This document shows, piece after piece, positions 41,407 through 50,322 of a stretch of DNA of 64,000 nucleotides. A program made the translations under genes and the position numbers. Below the pieces are notes generated by a model that made no database searches, was not told the DNA's origin, and was given only the letters and a program-made list of their open reading frames with translations. Within the stretch, counting starts at the first letter, position 1. The number at the start of each line of letters is the position of its first letter. The stretch covers positions 8,728 through 72,727 of the forward strand of contig CAYRFP010000002.1 in assembly GCA_964423675.1 (NCBI GenBank). Direction: 5' to 3'. The stretch is from an uncultured Oscillospiraceae bacterium. GTDB lineage: Bacteria; Bacillota; Clostridia; Christensenellales; Aristaeellaceae.

Positions 41407-44043
41407 ATGGAAAAGGCGGCGCTGACGGTGGGGCTGCTGGCCCACGTGGATGCGGGAAAAACCACCTTATCAGAGGCCCTGCTCTATACCGCCGGGGCGG
41501 TTCGGAAGCTGGGGCGCGTGGATCATCGGGATGCGTTTCTGGATACCGATGCGCAGGAGCGGGAGCGGGGCATTACTATCTTTTCCAAGCAGGCGCGGCT
41601 TTCCTGGCATGGGCGGGAAATCGCGCTGATGGACACTCCGGGTCACGTAGATTTTTCCGGCGAGATGGAACGGACGCTGAGTGTGCTGGATTGTGCTGTG
41701 CTGGTTATCAGCGGGGCAGATGGCGTGCAGGCGCATACGCGTACCCTGTGGCGGCTGCTGGAACGCTATCAGATTCCCTGCTTTTTATTTGTGAATAAAA
41801 TGGATCAACCAGGTGCAAATCGGGAGGCTTTGTGCGCGGAATTACAGCAAAAGCTACAGGATGGCTGCGTAGATTTTCTGGCTCCAGACGCTACGGAGCA
41901 GATGGCAACGGGCAGTGAAAACGCACTGAATCATTTTCTGGAAACGGGAGAAATTCCACAGCCTGAGGTAACGCAATTGATTGCGTCCCGTCGCATTTTT
42001 CCCTGCTTTTTCGGAGCGGCGCTGCGGCTGGACGGGGTGGACGCGCTGCTGAACGCTTTGGCAGATTACGGGCCCTGTCCGTCTTATGCGGATTTATTTG
42101 GCGCGCGAGTTTATAAAATTGCCCGGGATCCTCAGGGAGCGCGGCTGACGTATCTGAAAATAACCGGGGGTTGCCTGCATGTGCGCGATAGCCTGAATAA
42201 TCGTTCGCAAGGGCTTTCTCCTGAAAATACTTGGGAAGAAAAGATCAATCAGATTCGCCTGTATTCCGGCGGGAAATTCCAGACGGTGGAGCAAGCCGGA
42301 GCGGGGACGATCTGCGCCGTAACGGGACTGAACCACACCAGAATCGGCGATGGATTGGGCGCGGAAAAAACTGCGCCGGAGCCGATGCTTACCCCGGTGT
42401 TTACTTATCAGGTGCTGCTGCCGCAGGGAACGGATGCTCATGCCGCTCTGCAAAAGCTTCGGCAATTGGAAGAAGAAGAACCACAGCTGCATGTGGTTTG
42501 GCGGGAGAGGCTGCGGGAAATTCATGTGCAGCTGATGGGCGAGGTACAGCTGGAAATTTTGGGTCGGTTGTTGCAGGATCGGTTTGGGCTATCTGTTCAG
42601 TTTGGTGCGGGCAGCATTCTTTATCGTGAGACGATTGAAAATGCGGTAGAGGGCGTGGGGCATTATGAGCCTCTGCGGCATTATGCTGAGGTGCATCTTA
42701 TGCTGGAACCTGGGCCCCGGGGCAGCGGGCTGCGCTTTGCCTCCGCCTGTTCGGAGGATGCGCTGGATCGAAATTGGCAGCGGTTGATTCTGACGCACCT
42801 GGCGGAAAAACAGCATCTGGGTGTGCTGACCGGATCGCCTGTTACGGATATGAAGATCACGTTGCTTGCTGGACGGGCGCATCTAAAACATACCGAGGGT
42901 GGCGATTTTCGTCAGGCAACCTATCGGGCGCTTCGTCAGGGGCTGATGCAGGCTCGAAGCGTGGTGCTGGAGCCATGGTATGATTTGCAGCTGGAACTTC
43001 CCGCGGAGGGACTGGGCCGCGCCATGAACGATATTCAGCAAATGGGCGGCTCCTTTGAAACACCGGAAAATGTGGGCGACGAAGTGATTCTGCGCGCCAC
43101 AGCGCCTGTGGCCCGGACCCGACATTATGCCCGGGAACTGGCCGCCTATACCCATGGAAAAGGGCGAATGGCCTGTTCTCTTCGGGGCTATGCACCCTGC
43201 CAGGAGCAGGAGCGGCTTGTATCCGCAATGGGCTATGATCCGGAGAGGGATGCGGAAAACACGGCGGATTCGGTGTTTTGCGCCCATGGGGCGGGATTTG
43301 TGGTTAAGTGGAACCAGGTGCGGGAATATATGCATGTTCAAACTGGCTTTGGCCAGGAACGCCAGGAGCAGGCAGATGCGCCTGCTCCCGTTCGCCGAGC
43401 CTATACAGGAACGTTGGAAGAAGACAAAGAACTGATGGCGATCTTTGAACGTACCTATGGTCCGATTCGGCCTCGGTCGTTTCGCCCAGTGGCTCCGTCC
43501 GCACCAACGCCGGTGGAGACGGTGTATATTCCCCCGGAGCAGGAATTTCTGCTGGTGGATGGATACAACATCATCTTTGCCTGGGATGATTTGAAGGCAG
43601 CAGCCAAAACCGGGCTGAGCCATGCCAGGCAAATGCTGATGGATATTCTGTGTAATTATCAGGGAGTGCGGCCATGCCAACTGATTCTGGTGTTTGACGC
43701 ATATAAGGTGTCCAATAATCCGGGCAGGGCAGAAAAATATAACAATATTTCCGTGGTTTATACCAAGGAAGCGGAAACGGCAGATAACTATATCGAAAAG
43801 GCCACTTATAAACTGGGCAAAAACAGCAGAGTGCGGGTGGCCACATCGGACGGGCTGGAACAAATGATTATTTTGGGTCATGGCGCGCTGCGGGTTTCGG
43901 CAAAGGAATTCCGCCGGGAGGTGGAGGCGGCGAATGTGGAGATTCGGGCCATTATGGCGGCGTATAATACGCTGCCGGTCTCCAATCCCGCATTGGAACG
44001 CGCGCTTTGGGATGCGCTGGAAAAAAAGAAGGCGAAGCATTAA
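41407..44043 (+). CDS. TetM/EF-G-family translational GTPase fused to a C-terminal Rae1/YacP-type NYN ribonuclease domain
   Basis: I prefer the start at ATG 41407 (MEKAALTVGLLAHVDAGKTT; the track start is 41395). GTPase motifs are AHVDAGKT, RGITI, DTPGH and NKMD. The C-terminal ~150 aa read LLVDGYNIIFAW..LVFDAY..VVYTKEAETADNYIEK..VATSDGLEQMIILGHGALRVSAKEF, which is YacP/Rae1-like. Confidence 0.85.
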   Translation: MEKAALTVGLLAHVDAGKTTLSEALLYTAGAVRKLGRVDHRDAFLDTDAQERERGITIFSKQARLSWHGREIALMDTPGHVDFSGEMERTLSVLDCAVLVISGADGVQAHTRTLWRLLERYQIPCFLFVNKMDQPGANREALCAELQQKLQDGCVDFLAPDATEQMATGSENALNHFLETGEIPQPEVTQLIASRRIFPCFFGAALRLDGVDALLNALADYGPCPSYADLFGARVYKIARDPQGARLTYLKITGGCLHVRDSLNNRSQGLSPENTWEEKINQIRLYSGGKFQTVEQAGAGTICAVTGLNHTRIGDGLGAEKTAPEPMLTPVFTYQVLLPQGTDAHAALQKLRQLEEEEPQLHVVWRERLREIHVQLMGEVQLEILGRLLQDRFGLSVQFGAGSILYRETIENAVEGVGHYEPLRHYAEVHLMLEPGPRGSGLRFASACSEDALDRNWQRLILTHLAEKQHLGVLTGSPVTDMKITLLAGRAHLKHTEGGDFRQATYRALRQGLMQARSVVLEPWYDLQLELPAEGLGRAMNDIQQMGGSFETPENVGDEVILRATAPVARTRHYARELAAYTHGKGRMACSLRGYAPCQEQERLVSAMGYDPERDAENTADSVFCAHGAGFVVKWNQVREYMHVQTGFGQERQEQADAPAPVRRAYTGTLEEDKELMAIFERTYGPIRPRSFRPVAPSAPTPVETVYIPPEQEFLLVDGYNIIFAWDDLKAAAKTGLSHARQMLMDILCNYQGVRPCQLILVFDAYKVSNNPGRAEKYNNISVVYTKEAETADNYIEKATYKLGKNSRVRVATSDGLEQMIILGHGALRVSAKEFRREVEAANVEIRAIMAAYNTLPVSNPALERALWDALEKKKAKH

Positions 44044-44175
44044 AAGGAAAAGTTTCAGCAAAAAGCGTAGCCTGTCAAAAAAGTTAAAAGACGAGAAGCG
44101 GGCGTGGCGCTTTTTTCGCTCCCTGAGTTTCTGATCCCAAAGCGGTGAATTTCCTGATAAATCACTGCAAAATCC

Positions 44176-44204
44176 TTGACTTTTTCAAGAAAATATGCTA
44201 CCAT
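44176..44204 (+). promoter_or_regulatory. Candidate sigma-A promoter for rplU-prp-rpmA
   Basis: TTGACT (44176-44181), 17 nt, TACCAT (44199-44204), preceded by TGC. A ~115-nt leader separates it from the rplU ATG. Confidence 0.5.
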
Positions 44205-44324
44205 TCTTCGGTAAGCCGCTCGGGAGGGGCTTCTTAAATGCGGAAACGCTGCCCCGTGGCTGAAATATGCTATTCTTTCCTTCTAAGATTGTCCCGGCGA
44301 GTATGAAAACAGGAGGTGCTGCCC

Positions 44325-44630
44325 ATGTACGCGATTATTGCGACCGGCGGCAAACAGTACCGTGTCTCGGAGGGAGACACCATCTACATCGAGAAGCTCG
44401 AAAACGAAGTTGGCGACGTGGTTTCTTTCCCCGTCATGATGCTCTCTGGCGAGACCATTGAAGTGGGCTCTCCCTATATCGAGGGCGCGACCGTGACTGG
44501 CAAGATCGTGCGCCATGGCAAGGGCGAAAAGATCGTTGTGTTCAAGTACAAGAGCAAGAAGAATTATCGCCGCAAGGCTGGCCATCGTCAGCCCTTCACT
44601 CAGGTGGAAATCACCGGCGTGAACGCCTGA
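44325..44630 (+). CDS. rplU: 50S ribosomal protein L21
   Basis: [25 protein letters not shown]... SD AGGAGG lies 8 nt upstream of ATG 44325. The track start at 44316 is a GTG. Confidence 0.95.
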   Translation: MYAIIATGGKQYRVSEGDTIYIEKLENEVGDVVSFPVMMLSGETIEVGSPYIEGATVTGKIVRHGKGEKIVVFKYKSKKNYRRKAGHRQPFTQVEITGVNA

Positions 44631-44635
44631 AAAAA

Positions 44636-44947
44636 ATGATCCGCATTTCGCTTCATCGGTCGGGGGAGGAAATCACCGGCTTTGAATGCAAAGGCCATGC
44701 GGGCTATGCGCAGGAAGGCAGCGATATTGTGTGTGCCGCAGTTTCTGTGCTGACAACCACCTGTATAAACGCGCTGGAAAGCGTGGCAGGGGTGGAGCCG
44801 GCGGTGGAAGTGGCGGAAGGGTATATGAAAGCGCAGCTTCCAGTATCCTCGTCACATGACGCGCAGATTATCCTGCAATGCATGCGGCAGGGCTTGAGCG
44901 ATTTGGCGGAGCAATATCCTCGATATCTTCGGCTCACTGAAATTTGA
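44636..44947 (+). CDS. prp: Ribosomal-processing cysteine protease Prp (YsxB family)
   Basis: 103 aa. GFECKGHAGYAQEGSDIVCAAVSVL carries the His/Cys dyad context. It sits in the conserved position between rplU and rpmA. Confidence 0.9.
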   Translation: MIRISLHRSGEEITGFECKGHAGYAQEGSDIVCAAVSVLTTTCINALESVAGVEPAVEVAEGYMKAQLPVSSSHDAQIILQCMRQGLSDLAEQYPRYLRLTEI

Positions 44948-44965
44948 TCATTGGAGGAAGCAAAT

Positions 44966-45265
44966 ATGTTGAAGCTCAATTTGCAGCTTTTCGCCCATAA
45001 AAAAGGTATGGGCTCCACCCGTAACGGCCGCGACAGCGAATCCAAGCGCCTGGGCCCGAAGCGGGCTGACGGTCAGTTCGTGCTGGCTGGTAATATCCTC
45101 GTTCGTCAGCGGGGCACCAAGGTGCATCCCGGCCTGAACGTGGGCATCGGCAAGGACGATACCCTCTTTGCCAAGGTAGATGGCATCATGCGCTTCGAGC
45201 GCAAGGGCAAGTTTGACAAGCAGGTGAGCGTGCATCCCGTGGCCACCGAAGCTGCCGCCCAGTAA
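44966..45265 (+). CDS. rpmA: 50S ribosomal protein L27 (with Prp-cleaved N-terminal extension)
   Basis: [30 protein letters not shown].., where the propeptide ends ...LQLFA. SD GGAGGAA precedes ATG 44966. Confidence 0.95.
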   Translation: MLKLNLQLFAHKKGMGSTRNGRDSESKRLGPKRADGQFVLAGNILVRQRGTKVHPGLNVGIGKDDTLFAKVDGIMRFERKGKFDKQVSVHPVATEAAAQ

Positions 45266-45280
45266 TTCAGGAAACCATGA

Positions 45281-45317
45281 GGAGCCGTTTCTTCGAAGCG
45301 GCTCCTTTTCTTATTTT
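45281..45317 (+). terminator. Rho-independent terminator of the L21-Prp-L27 operon
   Basis: GGAGCCGTTTC TTC GAAGCGGCTCC forms an 11-bp stem with one G-U pair, followed by TTTTCTTATTTT. Confidence 0.85.
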
Positions 45318-45339
45318 GTGCGCCGATAAGGAGACATGT

Positions 45340-46422
45340 ATGAAGCATCTGGAAACGGACAGGCTGCAGCTGCGCCCATTTACATGGGAGGATTATCCCC
45401 TGATCCTTGCGATTTCCTCTGACCCGGACACGGTGAAATATTTGTACTATTGGGGTCGCCCCGGCATGACGCCGGATCAGGATGCGCAGCGCTTTTTGCG
45501 CTATGCTATTGGCGCATATGAAAAAACGCCAGTGAAATCCATGGAATATGCGCTGGTGCGCAAGGCGGATAATCAGCCGATCGGCGACGGCAGCATTGAA
45601 TGGCTGGACGATGGGTTTTCCGCGGAAATCGGCTGGATTCTTTTGCCGCAGTATCGTGGCCAGGGCTATGCCACTGAAATGGCCAAGGAATTAATGCGTT
45701 ACGGCTTTGAGGAGCTGGGCGCTGAGCGGATCATCGCCCATTGCGATGCGAAAAATGCGCCATCCTACCGGGTGATGGAGCGACTGGGCATGCGCCGGGA
45801 AGGCGTGGCGAAACAGGTACGCCCTGCAAAAATAATGGGCGGCAGGCGCGGTGACGAATGCACCTACGCTATTTTGAAAGAGGAATGGGAGACACAGAAA
45901 AAGCTACAGGAGGTGCTGGCGTTTCCCTGGAATTTTCAAGGTTTTATGACGCTGCCTGAACTGACGGACGGCGAACTTCGGCTGATCTGCGCGAAGAAAC
46001 GCCCGCAGGACGGAATTGATCCCACAGTTTCCTCCTATTTCTTTCTGATCACCAAAGGCGGCGAGACCATTGGCAGCATCGATTTGCGAATTGGCTATAC
46101 TCCGCTGCTTTTTTATGCAGGCAATGTCGGCTATGATATTCTCGAATCTCAGCGTGGGCATGGATATGCGGGCAAGGCGTGCCGACTGCTTTGGCCAGTT
46201 TTGCGGTATCATGGCATGCGCTGCGCCCTGATAACAAACGATACGGATAACGCCCCATCTCGGCGCGTCTGCGAAAAGCTGGGAGCACGGCTGCTATGCC
46301 AGGCGGATGTGCCGGAAACAATGCCTATGTATAATCATGGGCTGCATCGCGCCAACATTTTTGTGATGGAGGAAGAAACGGCAGAATGCAGATCATCGTG
46401 GAAAAAAGCCAACGGCAATTGA
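45340..46422 (+). CDS. Tandem GNAT-family N-acetyltransferase (RimJ/RimL-like N-terminal module plus second GNAT module)
   Basis: Start at ATG 45340 (SD AAGGAGA). The first module shows ETDRLQLRPFTWEDY...QYRGQGYATE..A.NAPSYRVMERLGM. The second module shows GNVGYDILESQRGHGYAGKA...DNAPSRRVCEKLGA. Confidence 0.8.
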   Translation: MKHLETDRLQLRPFTWEDYPLILAISSDPDTVKYLYYWGRPGMTPDQDAQRFLRYAIGAYEKTPVKSMEYALVRKADNQPIGDGSIEWLDDGFSAEIGWILLPQYRGQGYATEMAKELMRYGFEELGAERIIAHCDAKNAPSYRVMERLGMRREGVAKQVRPAKIMGGRRGDECTYAILKEEWETQKKLQEVLAFPWNFQGFMTLPELTDGELRLICAKKRPQDGIDPTVSSYFFLITKGGETIGSIDLRIGYTPLLFYAGNVGYDILESQRGHGYAGKACRLLWPVLRYHGMRCALITNDTDNAPSRRVCEKLGARLLCQADVPETMPMYNHGLHRANIFVMEEETAECRSSWKKANGN

Positions 46423-46829
46423 CCCTGCTGGATGCGATGGGCCGTTGTCTGCTCCAATGCCCCATTGCATTGGGAAAAAATCCGGTTGGGCCGAAGGAGC
46501 GGGAAGGAGACGGAAAAACGCCGGAGGGACGCTATTTCGTCTGCCTGAAGAAGCAGGGAAAGTTTGGCCCGGCGCTTGGCGTTAACTATCCCAGCACAGC
46601 GGATGCGCTGCGCCTGAATGCGGATGAAGCGTTGCTCTCCTGCCTTCGCCTCCGCGAAGCGGCGGGGCAGCGGCCGCCCTGGGGCACTGCCCTAGGCGGC
46701 GAAATTTATATTCATGGCGGCGGAACAAAGGAAGATTGGACAGCGGGCTGCATCGCTCTGCCAGACGAACAGGCGCTGCTGCTTTATCAGCTAACACCCC
46801 TGGGAACGCCCATTGAGATTCGGCCGTAA
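46386..46829 (+). CDS. L,D-transpeptidase (YkuD) domain protein
   Basis: 147 aa. KTPEGRYFV...IYIHGG......TAGCIALPDEQ carries the His/Cys catalytic motif HG...GC. It overlaps the end of the GNAT gene by 37 nt. Confidence 0.8.
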   Translation: MQIIVEKSQRQLTLLDAMGRCLLQCPIALGKNPVGPKEREGDGKTPEGRYFVCLKKQGKFGPALGVNYPSTADALRLNADEALLSCLRLREAAGQRPPWGTALGGEIYIHGGGTKEDWTAGCIALPDEQALLLYQLTPLGTPIEIRP

Positions 46830-46836
46830 TCGCTGT

Positions 46837-48141
46837 TTAATGGCGCAGTATTTCCAGTGCTTTTTCCAACACACTGTCTCGGCTCTGGCGCAAATCATCT
46901 AGGGAAGGGGCGCACGGAATATCCGGCTGGATGCCCTGGCCGATGAATTCTGTTCCATCCAGCAGCCGATAGCCGACCGAACAGATTCGGAACCCTCCGC
47001 CCAGCGACAGCTTTTGCAGAAGCGGCGTTCCGGTGGTTCCGCTGGTGGGCGTGCCGCAGATTTTGGCCCGGTGATTGGTGCGAAACATGGCAACCATGTC
47101 TTCAGCGGCAGAAGCAGTATAGCGGGAGGTTAGAAGCAAACAGGGGCCATTATACATGGCAGCGCGCCCCTCCTCGCCATAGCGATCCTCATAGCAATCG
47201 CAGTATGTTTGGCGCAGGAGATGCTGGCATTTATCCATTTCCGCCTGCGTTGCATTGCCGCAGGCAATCGCTTGCTGAATTTCCTGCTGGCTCCAGGCGG
47301 CAATTTGACTGGCGGAAGCCAGGCCAACGCCGGTCATGGAACGCGTCCATTTTTGACATGCGCCGAAGGCTCCGGAGATCAGCAACTCGGCAATTTCCGC
47401 ACCGTACCGGGTCATGCCGCCGATATTCTCCCGCAGATCCAGAATCAATCCGTCTGGCAGCGTTTGCTCCAGCGCTGCACGAATCTCAGCCGCCGCTTCG
47501 CTGTGCATTAAATCATCCAGTCGAATCAGCAGAATATTCCCTGCATAGCGGCGAATATCCAGCGTTTTCGAAGGGACGGGGGTAAAGTGCGCGGTGGCAG
47601 CCAGCGAGAGTGAAATGAGATTTTCGGGCTGCGCAGGGCATAGATCGAAGGAAAACGCGCCTTGATCGGTTTCCATGCGGTTGCCAGTGGGCTTCAAAAG
47701 AAGGGGCAGAATACGCCGGAGAGGATAAGGCGCAATCCATACGCCAATATGATAGCCGTATCGGCTCAACTGCTGTGCATAATCCGACCAGGGCCGACCA
47801 TTAATGGCCTGCACACAGGCACCGAGAAATGGCCGACAGGCTGGGGAAACGGCATGGAGATAACAGCTGTTTGCATGAAACCGCAGAGAAAAGGGAAGAA
47901 AGCCGGTCGCCTGAACCAGCGCATGAGGGAAAATATAATCGGTGTGGCCATCGCCCAGTTGATTCAGAAATTCTGCCAGAAGTAAATGAAAAGCCGATTC
48001 GCTTTCCGCATGAAGCACTTTCGGCAAATAATCCCTGTACGCCTGATCCCAATCAATGCCTGCTCGATCAAAATAAGGGAACACAGCGGACGCCTGTTTC
48101 CAGATGACGGATAAATCCAGAATGCGTTGAATCTTGTCCAT
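46837..48141 (-). CDS. S41-family (C-terminal-processing/tail-specific-like) peptidase
   Basis: The start is reset to ATG 48141 (SD AAGGAGGG, 6-nt spacing). LILDLRENIGGM and TSRYTASAAEDM fit the S41 peptidase core. Confidence 0.7.
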   Translation of the reverse strand: MDKIQRILDLSVIWKQASAVFPYFDRAGIDWDQAYRDYLPKVLHAESESAFHLLLAEFLNQLGDGHTDYIFPHALVQATGFLPFSLRFHANSCYLHAVSPACRPFLGACVQAINGRPWSDYAQQLSRYGYHIGVWIAPYPLRRILPLLLKPTGNRMETDQGAFSFDLCPAQPENLISLSLAATAHFTPVPSKTLDIRRYAGNILLIRLDDLMHSEAAAEIRAALEQTLPDGLILDLRENIGGMTRYGAEIAELLISGAFGACQKWTRSMTGVGLASASQIAAWSQQEIQQAIACGNATQAEMDKCQHLLRQTYCDCYEDRYGEEGRAAMYNGPCLLLTSRYTASAAEDMVAMFRTNHRAKICGTPTSGTTGTPLLQKLSLGGGFRICSVGYRLLDGTEFIGQGIQPDIPCAPSLDDLRQSRDSVLEKALEILRH

Positions 48142-48255
48142 GTTCATCCCTCCTTGTGTTCCAAATTCTATGCGATTCCGGCAGAAAAGACAAGACTTGT
48201 AAGGCAACGGCGTTTATGCTATAATAATTATGCCAAGAAGGGATATAAAACATAG

Positions 48256-48293
48256 AATAAAAAGAGGGAATGCCGAATTATTTCAGCATTCCC
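48256..48293 (-). terminator. Rho-independent terminator of the VanW-family gene
   Basis: GGGAATGC (48266-48273) pairs with GCATTCCC (48286-48293). On the minus strand it is followed by TCTTTTTATT. Confidence 0.8.
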
Positions 48294-48311
48294 TTTGTTC
48301 CATGAAACTGT

Positions 48312-49313
48312 TTATTGATCCGCCCGCCAGATAGCGACGAACAAGGCGAAATCGTGGGTGGATGCATCGATACGAATGGGAAAATCATAATCGTTGCGGA
48401 TAATCAGATTCAGAGAATCCGTGCCGGAGGATGCATCCATGCCATGCGGGAGATACGAAGCGCCGTTATTGCCGTGGGGCTTGCGCATGAGGATGGTCAC
48501 ACCGGGCAGCTGCATTACGGTGTTATACAGGCTGCTGGACACCTGGCAGGAACCGCCGCCATAATTCTCCTTGGTTTCGCCGTCCACCAGCACGGGGGCT
48601 GGCAGATAGCCCGTGGCGGCATTGAAGGGGCCTACGGTGCTGTTGAAATCCAGCTTTTCACCGGGCTGTAGCGTTTTGCTCATATAGGCGCAGGCCACGG
48701 CCAGGTTGTTGATGCGAGCGGGGTTATCATTGTAAAAGGATGTGAATACAGACAGGGGCATCTCATCCGTTCCGTAATCCACGCTGCCGGCCACAGGCAG
48801 CAGCTCGTCCAGATCGCGGGAATCCACATAGCCATACTGTCGATGATATACCAACTTTGCCCAGCCGTCCTCCACGCCGATAATGGCGATGCGCGCGCCT
48901 TCAGTCAGCGGAGAAAGGGTTTCGCTGTCGGCAGATTTATCAGCCTTTACCTCGGTGGGCCGGGTGATCTTGGCATAGAAGCGATAGACTTCCACGGTGT
49001 AAGGCGGCGTATTGATTGGATCCACCACGCTGGTCACATCGATACGATGGCGGAGAATATAGCCGACCTTTCCGTTATAATCCACCTCGACCCAATTGGG
49101 ATACACGGCGGTGATATAAATTTTTTTGCCAGGGTTCAGCGATTTGATAACTTCGCTTTCCTTGTCCATGGCCACATAGACGTTAGTATAGCTATTATCG
49201 TCGTAGCGCTTGGTGATAATGCCGTTATAGAGAACAGTCTTATCCTCACCCACGGCGCTGACGCTCAACAGCGCCATGAGCAGCGCCAGGGGCAGAAGCA
49301 GCTTCTTTTTCAT
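48312..49313 (-). CDS. Secreted VanW-family protein with SH3-like repeats
   Basis: 333 aa with signal peptide MKKKLLLPLALLMALLSVSA. Two SH3b-like units are present (WVEVDYNGKVGYI; WAKLVYHRQYGYV). The VanW core reads GGGSCQVSSSLYNTV. Confidence 0.8.
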   Translation of the reverse strand: MKKKLLLPLALLMALLSVSAVGEDKTVLYNGIITKRYDDNSYTNVYVAMDKESEVIKSLNPGKKIYITAVYPNWVEVDYNGKVGYILRHRIDVTSVVDPINTPPYTVEVYRFYAKITRPTEVKADKSADSETLSPLTEGARIAIIGVEDGWAKLVYHRQYGYVDSRDLDELLPVAGSVDYGTDEMPLSVFTSFYNDNPARINNLAVACAYMSKTLQPGEKLDFNSTVGPFNAATGYLPAPVLVDGETKENYGGGSCQVSSSLYNTVMQLPGVTILMRKPHGNNGASYLPHGMDASSGTDSLNLIIRNDYDFPIRIDASTHDFALFVAIWRADQ

Positions 49314-49389
49314 GCAGGGCCTCCCTGTTTATCCTTGGTAATGTGCCGTCCTGGAAAAGCAGACGGCGAGACAAACATTTTCAACATCC

Positions 49390-49417
49390 ATTATAACACG
49401 CTTTCCTTATTTGGCAA
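49390..49417 (-). promoter_or_regulatory. Candidate sigma-A promoter for the VanW-family gene
   Basis: The minus strand reads TTGCCA (49417-49412), 16 nt, TATAAT (49395-49390), preceded by TGT. Confidence 0.45.
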
Positions 49418-49653
49418 ATGCCTTGCGGGAAATTTTACAAAGCTGGGTGAGAAAAACGGGTTTAGTTTTCCTGTCTCCGCGCCATGCGTTTTTTGCGATG
49501 GACGCGGGCAAACAGCGAAAGGGGCTGTGATTGCTTTGGCCGGGGGGAAGAACGATCCATCCTGAACACCTCCTGTCAAGGAAAGCATGCGTGAAAAGGG
49601 ATGCGCTTATGCAAAAAACTTGTTCAAAATCGATCTTCTTTCTTCGACAATTC

Positions 49654-49682
49654 TTGCATGCTTCGCCTTTTTGTGATATGAT
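49654..49682 (+). promoter_or_regulatory. Candidate sigma-A promoter for the shikimate operon
   Basis: TTGCAT (49654-49659), 17 nt, TATGAT (49677-49682), preceded by TGA. It lies ~60 nt upstream of aroK. Confidence 0.5.
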
Positions 49683-49743
49683 GAAAGCAGCGCGGCGCTT
49701 GGAGCGCAGCGGAGAAGCGCTTCGAGCACGAGGAGGATCGGCC

Positions 49744-50253
49744 ATGCTCAATATGCATATTTTCCTGGTAGGAATGGCGGGCGCTGGGAAGACCAGCTTG
49801 GGCCGCCGTTTGGCGCAGAATTTGAATATGCGCTTTGTGGATACGGATCAGCGGGTGAGCGAAATGATGGGCATGTCCGTAACCGATATTTTCGCATCCC
49901 TGGGCGAATCCCTCTTTCGAAATGCAGAAACGGGGGCGCTGATTGAACTGGTGGGCCAGCCGCCCTGTATTGTTTCCACTGGTGGCGGGCTGTGTACCAT
50001 CCAGGAAAACGTGACAATTATGAAAAATCACGGCGTGATTATCCATATCGACCGGCCGCTAGATCAGATCCTGTCGGATATTAAAATGGACAGACGCCCC
50101 ACGCTGGCCGGCGGAGGCCGGGAGGACGTGATCGATCAGTATAACCGCCGCATCGGCTATTATCGGGCTGCGGCGGATTATCGGCTGGATAACTCCAAGG
50201 GGTTTGTGATGGGCGTGAAAAACCTGACGGAGCTGGTGGAGAGCCTTCAATAA
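49744..50253 (+). CDS. aroK: Shikimate kinase
   Basis: The start is reset to ATG 49744 (SD AGGAGGA). The sequence reads MLNMHIFLVGMAGAGKTSLGRRLAQNLNMRFVDTD... with a Walker A motif. 169 aa. Confidence 0.9.
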   Translation: MLNMHIFLVGMAGAGKTSLGRRLAQNLNMRFVDTDQRVSEMMGMSVTDIFASLGESLFRNAETGALIELVGQPPCIVSTGGGLCTIQENVTIMKNHGVIIHIDRPLDQILSDIKMDRRPTLAGGGREDVIDQYNRRIGYYRAAADYRLDNSKGFVMGVKNLTELVESLQ

Positions 50254-50322
50254 AACAGAAAGCAGCGCGGGCTTTGCGGGCCAAAGGGACGCAGAGCCCT
50301 TTTTCATCCAAGGGAGAGAAGC

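Noticed and set aside
49420-49743. T-box or amino-acid-responsive attenuator upstream of the shikimate operon.
   Set aside because: There is no T-box consensus, no specifier-loop/antiterminator arrangement, and no leader peptide rich in aromatic codons.
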